Of a stretch of DNA of 64,000 nt, positions 63,101 through 64,000 are shown in pieces. The stretch's first letter is position 1. The number at the start of each line of letters is the position of its first letter. The notes beneath the pieces are model-generated. The model worked only from the letters and a program-made list of their open reading frames with translations. It ran no database searches and had not been told where the DNA came from. The translations under genes were made by a program, and so were the position numbers. Source of the stretch: Malacoraja senta (Eukaryota); NCBI GenBank assembly GCA_038087875.1, contig JAXLNO010000655.1, positions 124,001 through 188,000 on the forward strand, read 5' to 3'.

Positions 63101-64000
63101 TGAATGCCAATGTTTAGTTCAGTTTAGTTTACAGTTACAGCGCAAAAACACACCCTTCGGCCCACCGAGTCTGCGTTTACCAGCGATCCACACAAACCAA
63201 CATTATCCTCCACACATTAGGGACAATTTAACCAAGACAATTAACCTGCAAACCTGTACGCCTTTGGAGTGTGGGGGGAAACCGAAGATCTCGGCGAAAA
63301 CCCACCCAGGTCGTAGCGGTAGAGTCGGTGCCTCACAACGCCAGACACCCAGGTTCGATCCTGAATCTGGGTGATGTCTGTGCGGTATGTGTATGTTCTC
63401 CCTGTGACTCTGTGGGTTTTCTCTGGGTGCTTCAGTTTCCTCGCACATCCCAAAGATGTGCAGGTTTGTGGGTTAATTGGCTTATGTAAATTGTAGGATG
63501 AAACTAGTATGAACGGGTGGGTGATAGATGGTCGGTGCGGACTCGTGGGCCAGAGGGCCTGTTTCCATGCTGTATCTCTAAACTAGTGTTTCAAGAAGCC
63601 CACTCTTCAATTCCTTCTCAAAGGATGGTTTGAGATAAACAATAAATGCTATCCTTGATAATTAACAATACAGGGAGAATTATGCCAACATAGTGAGCAA
63701 GACAGAAAGCTCCAGGTTCTAGGCCGACCATGGCCATGACCAATACTTCACTGGAGCCTTGAAGTGTTTCATTAACAGAGCTGGTGAGAAGATTATTAAG
63801 AGTCTGGTGAGAAGATTATTAAGGGATTGGACACAATAGATTCAGGAAATATGTTCCCAATGTTGGGGGAGCCCAGAACCAGGGGCCACGGTTTAAGAAT
63901 TAGGGGGAGGCCATTTAGAACTGAGATGAGGAAAACCCTTTTCACCCGGAGAGTTGTGAATTTATGGAATTCTCTGCCTCAGAAGGCAGTGGAGGCCAAT

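Overview
Eukaryotic (vertebrate) genomic DNA, most likely a cartilaginous fish (skate/ray-like, inferred from its HE1/V-SINE, CR1 and Penelope repeat complement). The only host gene is synaptotagmin-9 (syt9) on the minus strand. Five internal coding exons have canonical GT-AG junctions and continuous phase (60130-59794, 56832-56289, 8754-8634, 5334-5163, 3609-3480). The first exon lies beyond the window end and the last exon was not located. The introns, especially the ~47.5 kb intron between the C2A and C2B exons, are mostly mobile DNA. They contain three full-length DIRS1-type tyrosine-recombinase retrotransposons with near-intact termini but decayed ORFs, and a 3.5 kb L1 with a twin-priming-type 5' inversion. 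There is also a family of PIF/Harbinger-like TIR elements, one of which brackets 8.6 kb of passenger DNA, and Penelope-derived fold-back insertions carrying a minimal hammerhead-like motif. Rex1/Babar, CR1 and RTE-derived pieces, many tRNA-derived SINEs and one teleost-like CORE-SINE make up much of the rest. A 200-N assembly gap lies at 30633-30832. Repeat family names come from recognition, not database searches, and SINE/LINE fragment boundaries are approximate.
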